From Ignavibacteriota bacterium (GTDB taxonomy: Bacteria > Bacteroidota > Ignavibacteria > UBA10030 > UBA6906): a stretch of 64,000 nucleotides of DNA. The position numbers and the translations under genes are program-made. Below the pieces are notes generated by a model. It was not told the DNA's origin and made no database searches. It saw nothing but the letters and a program-made list of their open reading frames with translations. The first letter of the stretch is position 1. Each line of letters opens with the position of its first letter. This document shows positions 51,281 to 61,919 of the stretch, one piece after another. Location: assembly GCA_963808715.1 (NCBI GenBank), contig CAWEHG010000009.1:8257-72256 (forward strand). Reading direction: 5' to 3'.

Positions 51281-52542
51281 GATGCGCTCCGAACGCCGTC
51301 GATCACCCGGTCCACCTCCTCGGGAGAGTTGTAGATGTGGGTCGAGATCCTGAGCGCGGCCATGCCCCCTTCCGCCACCGCGCGTGTGCGGAGCTTGAAC
51401 GTGTCCAGATGCTCCTGCAGCTTCAGGTTCGTGATCGACCGGTGCTGGAACGTGATCATCGCGCTGCGGAGCGCCGGATCGGCCGGCGAGAGGACCTCCA
51501 CGCCGGGGATCCCCCGCAATCCGTCATACAACCGTGTGGACAGCATGCGGTCCCGGGCCCACACCTGGTCCATCCCGATCCGTTGCAGGAACTTCACCCC
51601 CGCGTGCAGACCCGCAGCGGAGCGGGACGCTCACCGTGCCGTATTCGTACCGCTGCGCCGACGGATGGAGGCTGCTCGTCATCTTGAGGGAATCGTAGGC
51701 CCCCGCCGAATAGGCACCGACGTACTTTGACTGGATCACGTCCCACATGTCCCGCCGCACGTAGAGCAGACCGGTCTCCTTCGGGCCCAGCAGCCACTTG
51801 TGGCCGCTGGTGGCGTAGGCGTCGCACCCCAGATCGTGCAGGCTGAACGGGAACATCCCGGCGGTCTGCGCCCCGTCCACCAGGAACCAGATCTTGCGCG
51901 CCCGCGCCAGAGCGGAGATCTCTTTGACCGGCAGGACCATCCCCGTGGTGGTCATCACGTGCGGGACGGCGATCAACCGGGTCTTCTTCGTGATCAATGC
52001 CTGAAGGCGGGTGAGGTTCTCGGCGGCCGACGCCGTGGAGGGCTCGAACATCTTCAGCACGCAGCCGGACCTTTTGCGTGAGCTCGAGCCAGGTCAACGA
52101 GTTGCCGACATGCTCGTGCGTGGTGGTGATGATCTCGTCACCTTTCCCGAGCGGGAGTCCGTTCGCGACGATGTTGATCCCCTCCGTCGTGTTCCGGATG
52201 AACGCCACCTCCTCGAGGTCGCACCCCAGAAGCCCGGCGACGTCCGTCTTGATCTCTTTCCACAGAACGTCGTTGTGTGCCCGTCTCGGACATGAATTCC
52301 AGCTCATCCATCTTCGCCTTCACCGCATCGATCACCGCGTACGGCGATGCCCCCAGCCCGCCGGTGTTGAAGTACGCACGGTCGCGTGTCAGCGGGAACT
52401 GGAGCCTCAGGAATTTCCAGAACCGCTCATCGTCCGGCTCAAACGTCGGCCACGATGCCGCCCGGGCCTCCGGAGTGGTCCACGGCACCATGGTGCCCGC
52501 CGCCAGCAGACCGACCCCCTGCAAGAATTCTTTCCGTTTCAT
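51277..52542 (-). pseudogene. Class V aminotransferase-fold PLP enzyme with Tat-like leader, three frame breaks
   Basis: MKRKEFLQGVGLLAAGTMVPW at 52542. FNTGGLGASP, IRNTTEGINIVANGL, TTHEHVGN, ATSGHKWLLGPKETG, YEYGTV, tail in ORF 51277..51597. Breaks near 52290, 52072 and 51630. Confidence 0.65.
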
Positions 52543-52569
52543 AGGATCCCTTTCCCGCCCGGGGCGGTT

Positions 52570-54856
52570 CTACACTTCGAGGTGAATGTTCACGTGCGAT
52601 CCCTTCGGCGCGTGCGGGAGCCTGACGGCCCCCTGCTCTACCGGCACTGCCTTCCCGTTGACCGTGGCCTTCGATCCGCCCCGGACGATCTCCACATCGT
52701 ACGTCGCCCCGCGCACCGTCTGCGAAAGGGAGAGACGGTCGAGCCCCGAGAGCAGACGCGGCCTCACGACGACCCCCTCCAATCCGGGTCGGAACCCTGC
52801 GATGTGATGGACCGCCAGGGAGATCACTTCGTACCAGACCCATGGCACCACGCCGACCGGCGGCGCGGGGGGCGTGATGCTCTGAGCGTACCGCTCGAAC
52901 CATCCTCCCGACCGGCCGCCGTGAACGGTGTTGAGCCAGTTCAGGATCCGCCACACCTTGTCGTCATCTCCGGCTTCGAGATAGGCCTGGGCCACGATCG
53001 CGGAGCAGAGCGGCCAGGGACCCGGCAGATCGGGTTCGCTGTCGGTGTTGTACCGGGAGTATCCTCCGAAATCCCAGCGCTGGTTCCAGAGCCGCTCCAC
53101 CCATGCGAGGGTGGTCTTGGACAGCTCCCCCTTCGGGTCGATCATTTCGTAGGCGATCGGGAAGACCTCCGTCGTGTCCGGTTCCATCTCCGGCCGGTCG
53201 TTCAGCGCGAGAGGACTCCCCGGAGGCATCCGGTTCCGGTCCACCGGCAGGCAGTAACGCTGCCAGTCGCCGATCAGCGTCCGCCGCTTGATCAGGTGGC
53301 CATCCTCGATCAGACGAAAGCGGGGGTGCATCAGCATCCCGTTCTGCATCGATCCGGAGATCGCCTCCCAGCGTTCCGCGGTGGCCTTGTCCCCCACGAG
53401 CCTCGCGACCTGCGCCCCCTTCTGCAGACCGAAGACGACCCAGAACTGGTAGCCCAGCTCGTAGCCGTCCTCCATCCCGTGGACGTCGTCCCGTTCCCAG
53501 AACTCCCGCTTGTTGTGCACCATGGCACATTGCGTGTCCAGGAACTTCTCGCTCAGCGGAAAGTCCCCGCAGAGGCGGATCCTCGGCCACTGTTTCTTGA
53601 TGAACGCGGTTTCGCCCGTCCAGCAGAGGTAGTTCCAGACCCCGTACAGAAGGGTCCCGCTGTGGTTCAGCTCGGTGTAGTCGTCACCATACCATCTGCT
53701 CGACTCCGCCGCGCGCCCGTCGGGGCCGATGTTCTCCCGCACGTTCCGCTCCAGCATGACACGGGCCTCGTCGACCCAGCCGCATCGCAGCAGCGCCTCG
53801 GAGGCAAGGACCTGGTCGAAGAGCCACTCCATATTGTACATCCAGGTGCCGCCGTCCAGCCTGCCGGATCGGGAGACCGCCGAGCGGAGCCCGGCTGCGG
53901 GAGACGTCGAAGAGATGGTCCACCACCGGATGGTCGCAGGTGAAGCTTTTTCTGGCGAGCGCGGGCGAAGGGACCGCACGGATGGTCGAGCGTTTTCCTT
54001 TGAGCGCCGACTCCGCCCCCTTGATCGCATAGACGAACGTACAGCTCCCGGTCGCGCCGGGTTGGATCCCGGACAGGGGCGCCAGAACATCGTATCGTCC
54101 GGCCACCATCGCCTTGTCGCTCAGCGCCAGCAGCTTCATCCGTGCAAGCCCGACGGCCCCTGCGGTGGTATCCTTCGGGTCGGTAGCGATCCGGTCAAAG
54201 AGCCCGAAGTTCGCGTACAGAGAGATCCTGACGAGGGCGTCCATCGATCGCGCCCCCCGGTTGGTGACGTTCACGCGCCGGAAGAGCATGGCTCCGCGTT
54301 CGGGCACGAAGAACTCCTCCCGGACCTCGCACGCCCCCGCGGTCCAGCGGACGACGACCATGGGGGAGCCATCTACTCGTTCCCAGGCGATGCTTTTGAG
54401 GTTCTCCCGCGTGAGGGAGAACCCGGTGACGCCACGGTAGGCCCCTTCCTTTCGCTCCGTGCCGGCGGGGGTCTCGTTCAGGGTGATCCCGACACGCGTG
54501 TTCTTGAAACCCTGTTCCGGGTGGTACAGAAATGTGGTCCACTTCCTGCTGAAGATCTCCGTGTCCCAGATGGTGAACCCGAAGAACGACGCTTCGGGGT
54601 TCTCCGGACTGTGCTGGACGACGGCTGAGATCTCGCCATTCCCCAGGTGGAAGTATTCTATCCCTTTCACGAAGGTGACGTAATCCGAGTGCATGCGCTG
54701 CCCGGGACCGGCCGGCCCCGGAGACCCCGTCGTCTGTTGCGCAGGGGTCCCCGTCGTCTGCTGATCGGCCGCAGGTTGGGCCGGCAGAAAGTCCAGTATT
54801 CCTGCGGGCAACAACACCCCGAGTGCCGGGGTCGAAAGGAATTCACGTCGTTTCAT
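52570..54856 (-). CDS. GH15-like (glucoamylase/glucodextranase-type six-hairpin) protein A, Tat signal, one frameshift
   Basis: MKRREFLSTPALGVLLPAG at 54856 (inside ORF 53684..54880) joins ORF 52570..54090 near 53900. MYNMEWLFDQV, NKREFWERDDVHGMEDG, NQRWDFGGYSRYNTDSEPD, HGGRSGGWFERY. Paralogue of 54873-57167. Confidence 0.6.
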
Positions 54857-54872
54857 TGGTCGTTCGTCGTTG

Positions 54873-57167
54873 TTACACAAGGATCCTGATGTCCATCATG
54901 GCGGTCTTCGCCGGTTTCGCGGCGCTCTTCCCCTTCGCACTCTTCGCCGATTTTTTGGCCGGTGCGGCCTTCCCCGGATAGGGCACCGTGAGGACCCCGT
55001 CCTTCAGAGCTACGGTCTTTCCGTTCACCGTAGCGGAGGGCTTTCCGGCGGAACGTTCCACGGTCAGTCGCACCTGCATGCCCCGCAGGGAGAACACCTG
55101 GCGCATCCTGTCAATGCCTTCCAGCAGACGCGGTCGGATCGTCAGATCATGGATCCCGGGCCGGAAGCCCAGCAGATGGTGGACGACCAGCGCGGTGATC
55201 TCCGCATAGGTCCACCCCACGATACAGACCGGGGGCGCGGGAGGGGTGATGCTCGGTCCGTAGCGTTCGAACCATCCTCCGGACCTCCCGCCGTGGATCG
55301 TGCGGAGCCACCGGAGCACGCGCCAGACCTTCTCGGAATCCCCGGCCTCGGCATAGGCGCGGGCCAGGAAAAGCGACGCAAACGGCCAGGGGGCCGGCGG
55401 ATCGGGCTCGCTGTCGGTGTTGTACCGGGAATACCCGCCGAAGTCCCAGCGCTGGTTCCAGAGCGACTCCACGTCCGCGAGGGTGTTCCGCGACAGTTCT
55501 CCGCGCGGGTCGATCATCTCGAACATGATCGGATAGACGTTCGAGGTGTCGGGATCGCACGCGGGGCGCGCGACCGTGGCGGCCGGAGAGCCGGGAGGCA
55601 TCGCGGCGCGGTTCGGAGGGATCATGTAGCGCTGCCAGCGGCCGTCACGGGTCCTCCGCTTGATCAGATGTCCTTCTTCGATCAGCCGGAAGACCGGGTC
55701 GGACAGCATATGATCGCGCAGGGAAGCCGCCGCCTTGAACCACCGGTCCGCGGTGTTCCGGTCGCCGACCCATGCCGCGAGTTCCGAGCAGACGGACAAC
55801 CCCAGGGCGACCCAGAACTGGTATGTCAGCTCGAACCCGTCCTCCAGGCCGTGGGAGTCGTTCCGTTCCCAGAACTCGCGCTTGTTTCGCAGCATCCCCG
55901 CCTTCGGGTCCAGGAAGACGCTTTTGAGCGGGAAGTCGCCCGCCAGGCGGATCTGCTTCCAGTATTTCTTCACCAGCGCGACGTCCCCCGTCCAGCAGGC
56001 GTACTGCCAGATGCCGTAGAGAAGCTGGCCGTTCTGGTCGAGTTCCGTGTGGTCGAACCCCGACCAGCGGCTGGATTCGATCGTGCAACCGTCCGGTCCG
56101 ACGGACTTCTCGAGGATCTTGACGAGGATCGTCCGCGCTTCGTCAACGAAGCCGGCCTGCAGCATGCCGACGGCGACCATAACATCGTCGCGCACCCACT
56201 CCATGTTGTACATCCAGATACCGGAATCGCGCTTCCCCGTCCGCGAGACCAGCGCCTTCAGCCCGTTGCGGGCGATACCGTAGAGCCCGTCGAGAAGATC
56301 ATCGCCGCTTTCCATCACGGGCTTGGTCGACCAGTAACGGACGGTGTCGGCCGTGACCGCCCCATAGGTCTTCGCGGTCACCCCTTTCTCCGCGCCGTTC
56401 AGGGCGTAGACGAACCTGACCGTCTTTCTGCCACCGGCGTCCAGCGGGCCGGCCTTGACCGAAATATCGTACCGGCCGCCGGTGGTCACGGGTCCGTCCA
56501 GCGAGTAGAGTTTGATGCGGCCGTACCCTCTCCCATTGACGGACGAAGGATCGACGCCGATCTCGTCATAGATGGCGAAGTTCGGCACCAGCATCAGGTG
56601 GAGGGAGAGATCCTGCGTTCCCTGTCCGCTGCTCGTGACGGTAACGTTCCTGAACAGCACCTGCCCCTTGCTGGGCACGGAGAGTTCCTCGGTCACCTCG
56701 ACCGGTCCCGCCTTCCACTCGATCCGCAGCACCGGGACCTGTTCGATGGTCCGCCATTCGATGGTGGTGAGCGAGTCCGGCGTGGCCGCGTACGCGGTCC
56801 CGTCCGCCCTGACCGTCAGCGCGGACCTCTCAAAGCCGCGCTCCGGATGGAAGAGGAGTGTGCTCCATTTCCGGGCGAACCGTTCCGCATCCATGAGCGT
56901 CAGCCCCAGGAACGTGGGCTTCCGCTCCGCCGACCGGTCCGGAGCGTACTGGACGATGGCGATGATCTCGCCGTTCCCCAGCGGGAAGTACTCGACGCCG
57001 GAGATGTAGGTGTTGAAATCAGGGTGCAGCCGCTGCTGGAATTTCGACTCCTCCGTGAGCGGCGCCCGCTGCGGATCGGTCATGGCGAGCGCAGCCCGTC
57101 CGCTGAATCCCGGAACGAGCACGCCGGCGGCGGGGAGTGCGAGGAAGTTTCGGCGCTTCATGAGCAA
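54873..57167 (-). CDS. GH15-like six-hairpin protein B, Tat signal, intact
   Basis: Intact 764-aa ORF. MLMKRRNFLALPAAGVLVPG. MYNMEWVRDDV, NKREFWERNDSHGLEDG, NQRWDFGGYSRYNTDSEPD. Ala/Lys-rich tail insert GKAAPAKKSAKSAKGKSAAKPAKTA before the last strand. Confidence 0.65.
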   Translation of the reverse strand: MLMKRRNFLALPAAGVLVPGFSGRAALAMTDPQRAPLTEESKFQQRLHPDFNTYISGVEYFPLGNGEIIAIVQYAPDRSAERKPTFLGLTLMDAERFARKWSTLLFHPERGFERSALTVRADGTAYAATPDSLTTIEWRTIEQVPVLRIEWKAGPVEVTEELSVPSKGQVLFRNVTVTSSGQGTQDLSLHLMLVPNFAIYDEIGVDPSSVNGRGYGRIKLYSLDGPVTTGGRYDISVKAGPLDAGGRKTVRFVYALNGAEKGVTAKTYGAVTADTVRYWSTKPVMESGDDLLDGLYGIARNGLKALVSRTGKRDSGIWMYNMEWVRDDVMVAVGMLQAGFVDEARTILVKILEKSVGPDGCTIESSRWSGFDHTELDQNGQLLYGIWQYACWTGDVALVKKYWKQIRLAGDFPLKSVFLDPKAGMLRNKREFWERNDSHGLEDGFELTYQFWVALGLSVCSELAAWVGDRNTADRWFKAAASLRDHMLSDPVFRLIEEGHLIKRRTRDGRWQRYMIPPNRAAMPPGSPAATVARPACDPDTSNVYPIMFEMIDPRGELSRNTLADVESLWNQRWDFGGYSRYNTDSEPDPPAPWPFASLFLARAYAEAGDSEKVWRVLRWLRTIHGGRSGGWFERYGPSITPPAPPVCIVGWTYAEITALVVHHLLGFRPGIHDLTIRPRLLEGIDRMRQVFSLRGMQVRLTVERSAGKPSATVNGKTVALKDGVLTVPYPGKAAPAKKSAKSAKGKSAAKPAKTAMMDIRILV

Positions 57168-57195
57168 TGGGCCTTTCCTGGTACGAGATTCGACA

Positions 57196-58791
57196 TCAAC
57201 GATACTCCACGATCACATTCGTGTTCCCCCTGACCGGGAACGCCGCGTCCGCGTAGCAGCTCTGCTCCACACGGCTCGCCCTGTGGCGCACCGTGCGCCC
57301 GTTGACCCTGAGCGCCGCCGGCCGCGTTCCGGCCGGAAGCTGCAGATGAAGCGCCACGTCGGCATTTCCCCGAACTTCCAGAGCGATCGTCCTCTGCTCC
57401 GGACGATGGACATAGGCGTACGCCAGGCCGGCACCGGAGGCCGCGTAGGAGACCGAAACCTCGACCTCCGTGCATGCCGCGGAGATCCAGCGCGGCGACA
57501 ACCGGACGGAGCGGAACAGACAGCTCAGGTCCTCGATCCCGGCGAGCCCTTCGATCAGGGCATACAGCATGGCCGACGAGCCCCATCCGTCGGTCGGCAT
57601 CGCGTCGGGACTGGTGCTGGTCTCGATCGTGGAGGGCCGGCCGTCGGGGAAATACCAGAGGAACGTCTTCCGGTCCCGGGTCAGCTGCTCGTACTTGAGC
57701 AGCTGCGCGCACCCGTATTCTTCCAGCCCGTGCTCGAACGCCGCGCGGGCCAGTTCCCCTCCCACCAGGGGCATGATCCCTCCGTTGCAGTACATCCCGG
57801 GGACGATCTTCTCGTCGCCGAAGATCCCTGCCGGAAAAGGGGGATCCACACTGAACCACTCGGCAAAGGTGTCGGACCTCTCGCTCCGGCGCTGGTATTC
57901 GCGCAGGATGGAGACCGCCATCCCATGGTCCGCGAGGCCGCGGTTGATGTCCATCGGGTTGCTGAGCGTGAGTTGAGCCTCCTCATCGACCCCGTTCACG
58001 GAGCCGGGGACGAGGGGAACCCGGTGGCGGTAGAACGTGCCGTTGAACGACGCGGCGTTCGCGCGACGGCGAAACTTCCCGGCGTACGTTTCCCAGCCCT
58101 TCGCCCGCGCTTTCTGTCCGAGGGAGCCGTACATCCGCGCCAGCAGCCGGAAGGCCTCGTAGTATCCGGAGCTGTCCCCGTGCATGATCCCCCAGTACGT
58201 ATCGTCCGTGACCTGGAAGTTCAGCCAGTGGTGACGCCCGGCCGTGTAGTCGAAGTCCCAGGTGTCCATGGTGTAGGCGCGCTTGACCAGCTTGTGCGAC
58301 GGATCCCAGCGCCACGGGTCGCTCAGGACGTAGCGCATCGCCCGCTCGGCATGGGGGAGCATCCGTTTCATCCAGGCCCGGTCTCCGGTGGCCTGCCAGG
58401 CGAGGTAGAGAGCCTTGATGAACCGGTATTCCACGTCGGCTTCCACCGGGACCCGCACGAACTTCAGCCAGTTCTCCCGTTCGCAGGGGACCTTCTCCGG
58501 CTGCATGGTGAAGTAGTCGAACAGCCAGCCGTCGGCCGTCTGGGTCTCGGCGAACCGTTCAACGGTGCTGGTCATATCCGGTTCCCAGTACTTCGCCCCT
58601 CGAAGCATGTCGGAATGATCGCGGATCCAGATCGCGGGCGTATCGGGCGAGCGGTAGCCACGCACGGGTTTGCCCATCACGTTGAAGGTGATGGTATCAT
58701 GCTCCAGGAACCACCGAATGCGCTCGACGAGGGCGTCGAGCCGGGCGTTGCCGGTGCGGATGGTGGTCTGCGGTTGAGCCGTGCGGGCCAT
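57196..58791 (-). CDS. Cytoplasmic six-hairpin-glycosidase-like protein, family not recognised
   Basis: ATG 58791 (MARTAQPQTTIRTG) inside track ORF 57196..59136. 531 aa with no signal peptide. AIWIRDHSDMLRG, YTMDTWDFDY, MYCNGGIMPLVGGELARA, PTDGWGSSAMLYALIEGLAGI. Confidence 0.5.
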   Translation of the reverse strand: MARTAQPQTTIRTGNARLDALVERIRWFLEHDTITFNVMGKPVRGYRSPDTPAIWIRDHSDMLRGAKYWEPDMTSTVERFAETQTADGWLFDYFTMQPEKVPCERENWLKFVRVPVEADVEYRFIKALYLAWQATGDRAWMKRMLPHAERAMRYVLSDPWRWDPSHKLVKRAYTMDTWDFDYTAGRHHWLNFQVTDDTYWGIMHGDSSGYYEAFRLLARMYGSLGQKARAKGWETYAGKFRRRANAASFNGTFYRHRVPLVPGSVNGVDEEAQLTLSNPMDINRGLADHGMAVSILREYQRRSERSDTFAEWFSVDPPFPAGIFGDEKIVPGMYCNGGIMPLVGGELARAAFEHGLEEYGCAQLLKYEQLTRDRKTFLWYFPDGRPSTIETSTSPDAMPTDGWGSSAMLYALIEGLAGIEDLSCLFRSVRLSPRWISAACTEVEVSVSYAASGAGLAYAYVHRPEQRTIALEVRGNADVALHLQLPAGTRPAALRVNGRTVRHRASRVEQSCYADAAFPVRGNTNVIVEYR

Positions 58792-58793
58792 GA

Positions 58794-59579
58794 TCACTCC
58801 CTGGCGATGACGGGGAACAGGGGCCCGTGGAACTCCTCCCCGGGCACAAGGTTGCCGCGGTCGCCGACGAGGTGCGGATGGCTCTTGTAGGTGATCCCCT
58901 GGGGGATGTAGATCGTCACCATCGCCCGCCGCGGCGCGTCGGTGGTATTGGCCCCGGCATAGTGCAGCGTGAGGCCGTCGTGGAACGTGCAGCTTCCCGC
59001 CGGCATCTCCACCGTCACCGGCTTCACCCGGGCCGCCGGGGGAAGGACCTCCAGAATGCTTCCCGGGGCCGCGTTGCCAAGATCCACAGCCTCCAGCGGA
59101 CCCAGCTTGTGGGAGCGCGGGATGAAGGACATGCATCCGTTGGCGACCGAGACGTCGTCGAGGGCCATCCAGCAGGAGAGAGCGCCCCCCTGGTTCATCG
59201 GCCAGTAGACCTTGTCCTGGTGCCAGGCGGTCTCCTTGCTGTCCTTCGGATACTTGACGAGCGCCTGGTCATGCCAGAGGCGGACCGACCGGGAGCGGGT
59301 GAGCCGGCGCGCGATCTCGCCGATCTTCGTGGTATGCGCATACTCCTCGAAGAAGGGGTCCCGCTCCCAGAGATTGACCATTTGCAGGAAGACCTTGGTG
59401 TAGCCCTCGTCGCTCCGGGGTCCGAGGTTGAGCTGTTTCTGGCGCACCTCTTCCGCGGCGCGGTCAACGGCGTCCCGCACTCTGCGCACCTCTTCGGGCG
59501 TCAGCACGTTGTCCAGACGGATGAAGCCGTTCTCCTGGTAGAAGACCACCTGCTCTTCGGTGATCGGATACTTTTCCAT
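58794..59579 (-). CDS. Phytanoyl-CoA dioxygenase (PhyH) family Fe(II)/2-oxoglutarate oxygenase
   Basis: ATG 59579 with GAGGAGG upstream. MEKYPITEEQVVFYQENGFIRL. WHQDKVYW (HxD). SCTFHDGLTLHYAGAN (distal His). Intact. Confidence 0.8.
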   Translation of the reverse strand: MEKYPITEEQVVFYQENGFIRLDNVLTPEEVRRVRDAVDRAAEEVRQKQLNLGPRSDEGYTKVFLQMVNLWERDPFFEEYAHTTKIGEIARRLTRSRSVRLWHDQALVKYPKDSKETAWHQDKVYWPMNQGGALSCWMALDDVSVANGCMSFIPRSHKLGPLEAVDLGNAAPGSILEVLPPAARVKPVTVEMPAGSCTFHDGLTLHYAGANTTDAPRRAMVTIYIPQGITYKSHPHLVGDRGNLVPGEEFHGPLFPVIARE

Positions 59580-59620
59580 GCCCCCCTCCTCAGCGATGAT
59601 GTTCTCTGATCTTTGTTTGC

Positions 59621-59679
59621 CACGGAGACACGGAGGCGAACTTTGGGTGAGCAATACGACAATCCTCCGTGTCTCCGTG
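59621..59679. repeat. 16-bp perfect inverted repeat (CACGGAGACACGGAGG / CCTCCGTGTCTCCGTG) with 27-nt loop
   Basis: Read directly, arms 59621-59636 and 59664-59679. It lies in the largest spacer of the array (59580-59702), 24 nt downstream of the family-X copy 2 stop on the coding strand. No U-tract follows. Confidence 0.4.
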
Positions 59680-59702
59680 CCTCCGTGGCCAACAGTGTGA
59701 AG

Positions 59703-61916
59703 CTATGGCATGCGCCACATGTAGTCCGGGTCGATGCGCGGGATGTCGTCGATGTGCCGTTCCATCAGCGCGATCTTTTTCTCGAGCAACTCCCCGAAAT
59801 TCTCGCCGTAGCTGTGCAGCGTCTCCCCGAACCGGGAGACCGGCAGGAACATGACCCCGCTCTTGTGCCAGAGCTCCAGCAGTGTCCGGGCCGAGTCCAG
59901 TTCGCTGAGCATCATGGCCCTGCAGAGCGACCGCGCGGCGGCCTGGTCGTCGGGGGTCTTCGCCTGCAGGTACCCGTGTACGCTTTCCGTCCAGGCCATG
60001 GTGTTCTTCATCGTCGTGTAGAAGCACCGGGCAGCGATCAGGCGGTCGCGCAGGTCCGCGAAGACGGCCCGGGCGTCGCGGGCGATGCGCTGGCGTCGCA
60101 GCACCTTGCCGCAGCGCGCAAGCGCCTCGGCCAGCGGAGGCAGGACGTCGCGCTCGATGGCCTTGCGCCGTTCGCCGGCCTGCTCCGGCGTAAGGAAGTT
60201 CCACATCATGTCGTTGTTCAGATCCACGCGCGCCGGGTTGTTGAACGTCGCCAGCAGAAAGTCCTCGTAGTAGGCGCGTTCCGGTTCCGGGATGGCATCG
60301 ATGTCGGGGACCAGCGGGCGCACCCAGAGGCGGAACCAGGGGAAGCCGAAGGTGCTCATCGGGAACACCGGAAGGAAATCCGCGGACCGCAAGGTCGCTC
60401 AGGGCCCACAGTTCCACCAGTTGCGGCGCGAAACGGTCGCTCACCCACGAACGCGCGACCTGCAGCAGCCGCTCGTCGATCTTCCCGCCGCCGCCGAACT
60501 GCACCCAGCGGACCACCTCACCGTTGACGTCGTAGGGGACCAGTGACCGGGGAACCGCCCCCGCCAGTGCCGCGCCCGTCGCGGCAGCTCCGGACAGCCG
60601 TTCGTGCACGAGCCAGGGGAAGGGAAACCCCAGGACGTTGGTGTCGGTCAGATCCAGCTTCAGGTGGCGCCATGCGCCCCCGGCGGCCAGAGCCTTTTCG
60701 TCCTCGGGGGTGGTCGCCCGTTCGAAGAAGGCGAAATCCCCGGCATCGATCCCATCGCCCAGGTCGCGGGATCAGGAATTTCCGTTCGGCGTAGAACGGG
60801 CCCAGGTCGCAGACCAGCCGGAACGACGGATTCACCGCGCGGGCCTCGTCCCGGAGCAGCCGGTAGTAGGTCAGGACGTTTTCCGCCGCCGTCCGCGCGA
60901 TCTCGTCGTTGTCCTTCCACTCGCGGATAAGGTACGGTCCCCCGTTCCTGCCGGCGTAGAGCGAGCTGACGAACTCGAATCCCGATCCGCTGTCGTTCGT
61001 CCAGACGTGGATGAATCCGAGGTCCGGGACGGCACGCAGCACGCCCGCATGAGCTCGCGGTAGTGTTCCTGCACCGCGGGGTGAGCCATCGCCAGCGTGT
61101 ACCGCGGCCGGAAGGTCTCCCGCGGGTGGTCGACCCGGGCGCCGCGGAGAAATCCATATCGCGCCCAGAACTCCTCGGGCATCGACCGCGGCGAGTTGAT
61201 GTGGAGACCCGGGGACCAGTCCGTACCGCCGCGCGAGGCGGCGTTCTCGCTCCAGGGCGGCGAGATTCGCCTCAGGTAGTCCGGCGGATAGTATCCCGCC
61301 GAGCAGCGCGGCTCGATCGACGAACTGGTCGAGGTCCGGACTGTAGTCGTAGAACCAGAAGTACCGGTCGCCGGGAGGGCCTGATTCGTACGGGCGGGGG
61401 ACGCCGAGGCCGTTGATCGCTGACGTGGGTGAATCCCAGCCGCGCCAGCTCCGCGAAATAGTCCTCGCGGCGGAAACGTTTCGAGAACCGGAGGCTGCCG
61501 ACGACGAAGTCGCTCAGATTGCGAAGCCAGGCAGGCCGGGGGACGATCGTACGGCCCCCGGCGAAGGCGTCGACGGGCTCGTCGCAGCCACTCTTCGAGA
61601 GGCTCACCGTCAGGGCGAAAAGGAACGAGGGATGGGAGGCCGAGAGGAGTCCGGTCCCTCCGGGATCGAACCGGGCGGACATCCAGCGGGTGACCTCCGG
61701 TTCCGGCGGGGCCCCTCCGATGCGGAGGTGCAGGGTCTTCTGTCCCGCGGCGGACTCCCCCGTCATGACGATCTCCGCGTGCCGCGCAACGGCCGTACGG
61801 AACAGTTCCGCCACGGTCGCGGCGGCCGGAGGTGCATCGGGTGGAAGCGCAAGTCTCTGGAGATCCCCGAGCAGCTCGCGCACGGTCTGGATGGATGTGT
61901 CAGGACCGAGCTGCAT
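59703..61916 (-). pseudogene. Family X copy 2 (paralogue of 15280-17604), at least five frame breaks
   Basis: ATG 61916 (MQLGPDTSIQTV). Pieces in ORFs 61272..61916, 60871..61182, 60518..61042, 59590..60609 and 59703..60392. RGARVDHPRETFRPRYTLAMAHPAVQEHYRELM, FIHVWTNDSGSGFEFVSSLYAGRNGGPYLIREWK, KKIALMERHIDDIPRIDPDYMWRMP. Confidence 0.55.
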
Positions 61917-61919
61917 CGG

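Noticed and set aside
47924-51334. Very long antisense ORFs on the plus strand (47924..51334, 22795..24840, 34192..36237, 54870..57233, 57010..58890, 52078..53943, 15580..17130, 10521..12266)
   Set aside because: They mirror well-supported minus-strand genes and translate to R/P/G/H/D-rich sequence with no motifs. They start at arbitrary positions without ribosome-binding sites. These are shadow ORFs expected at this GC content.
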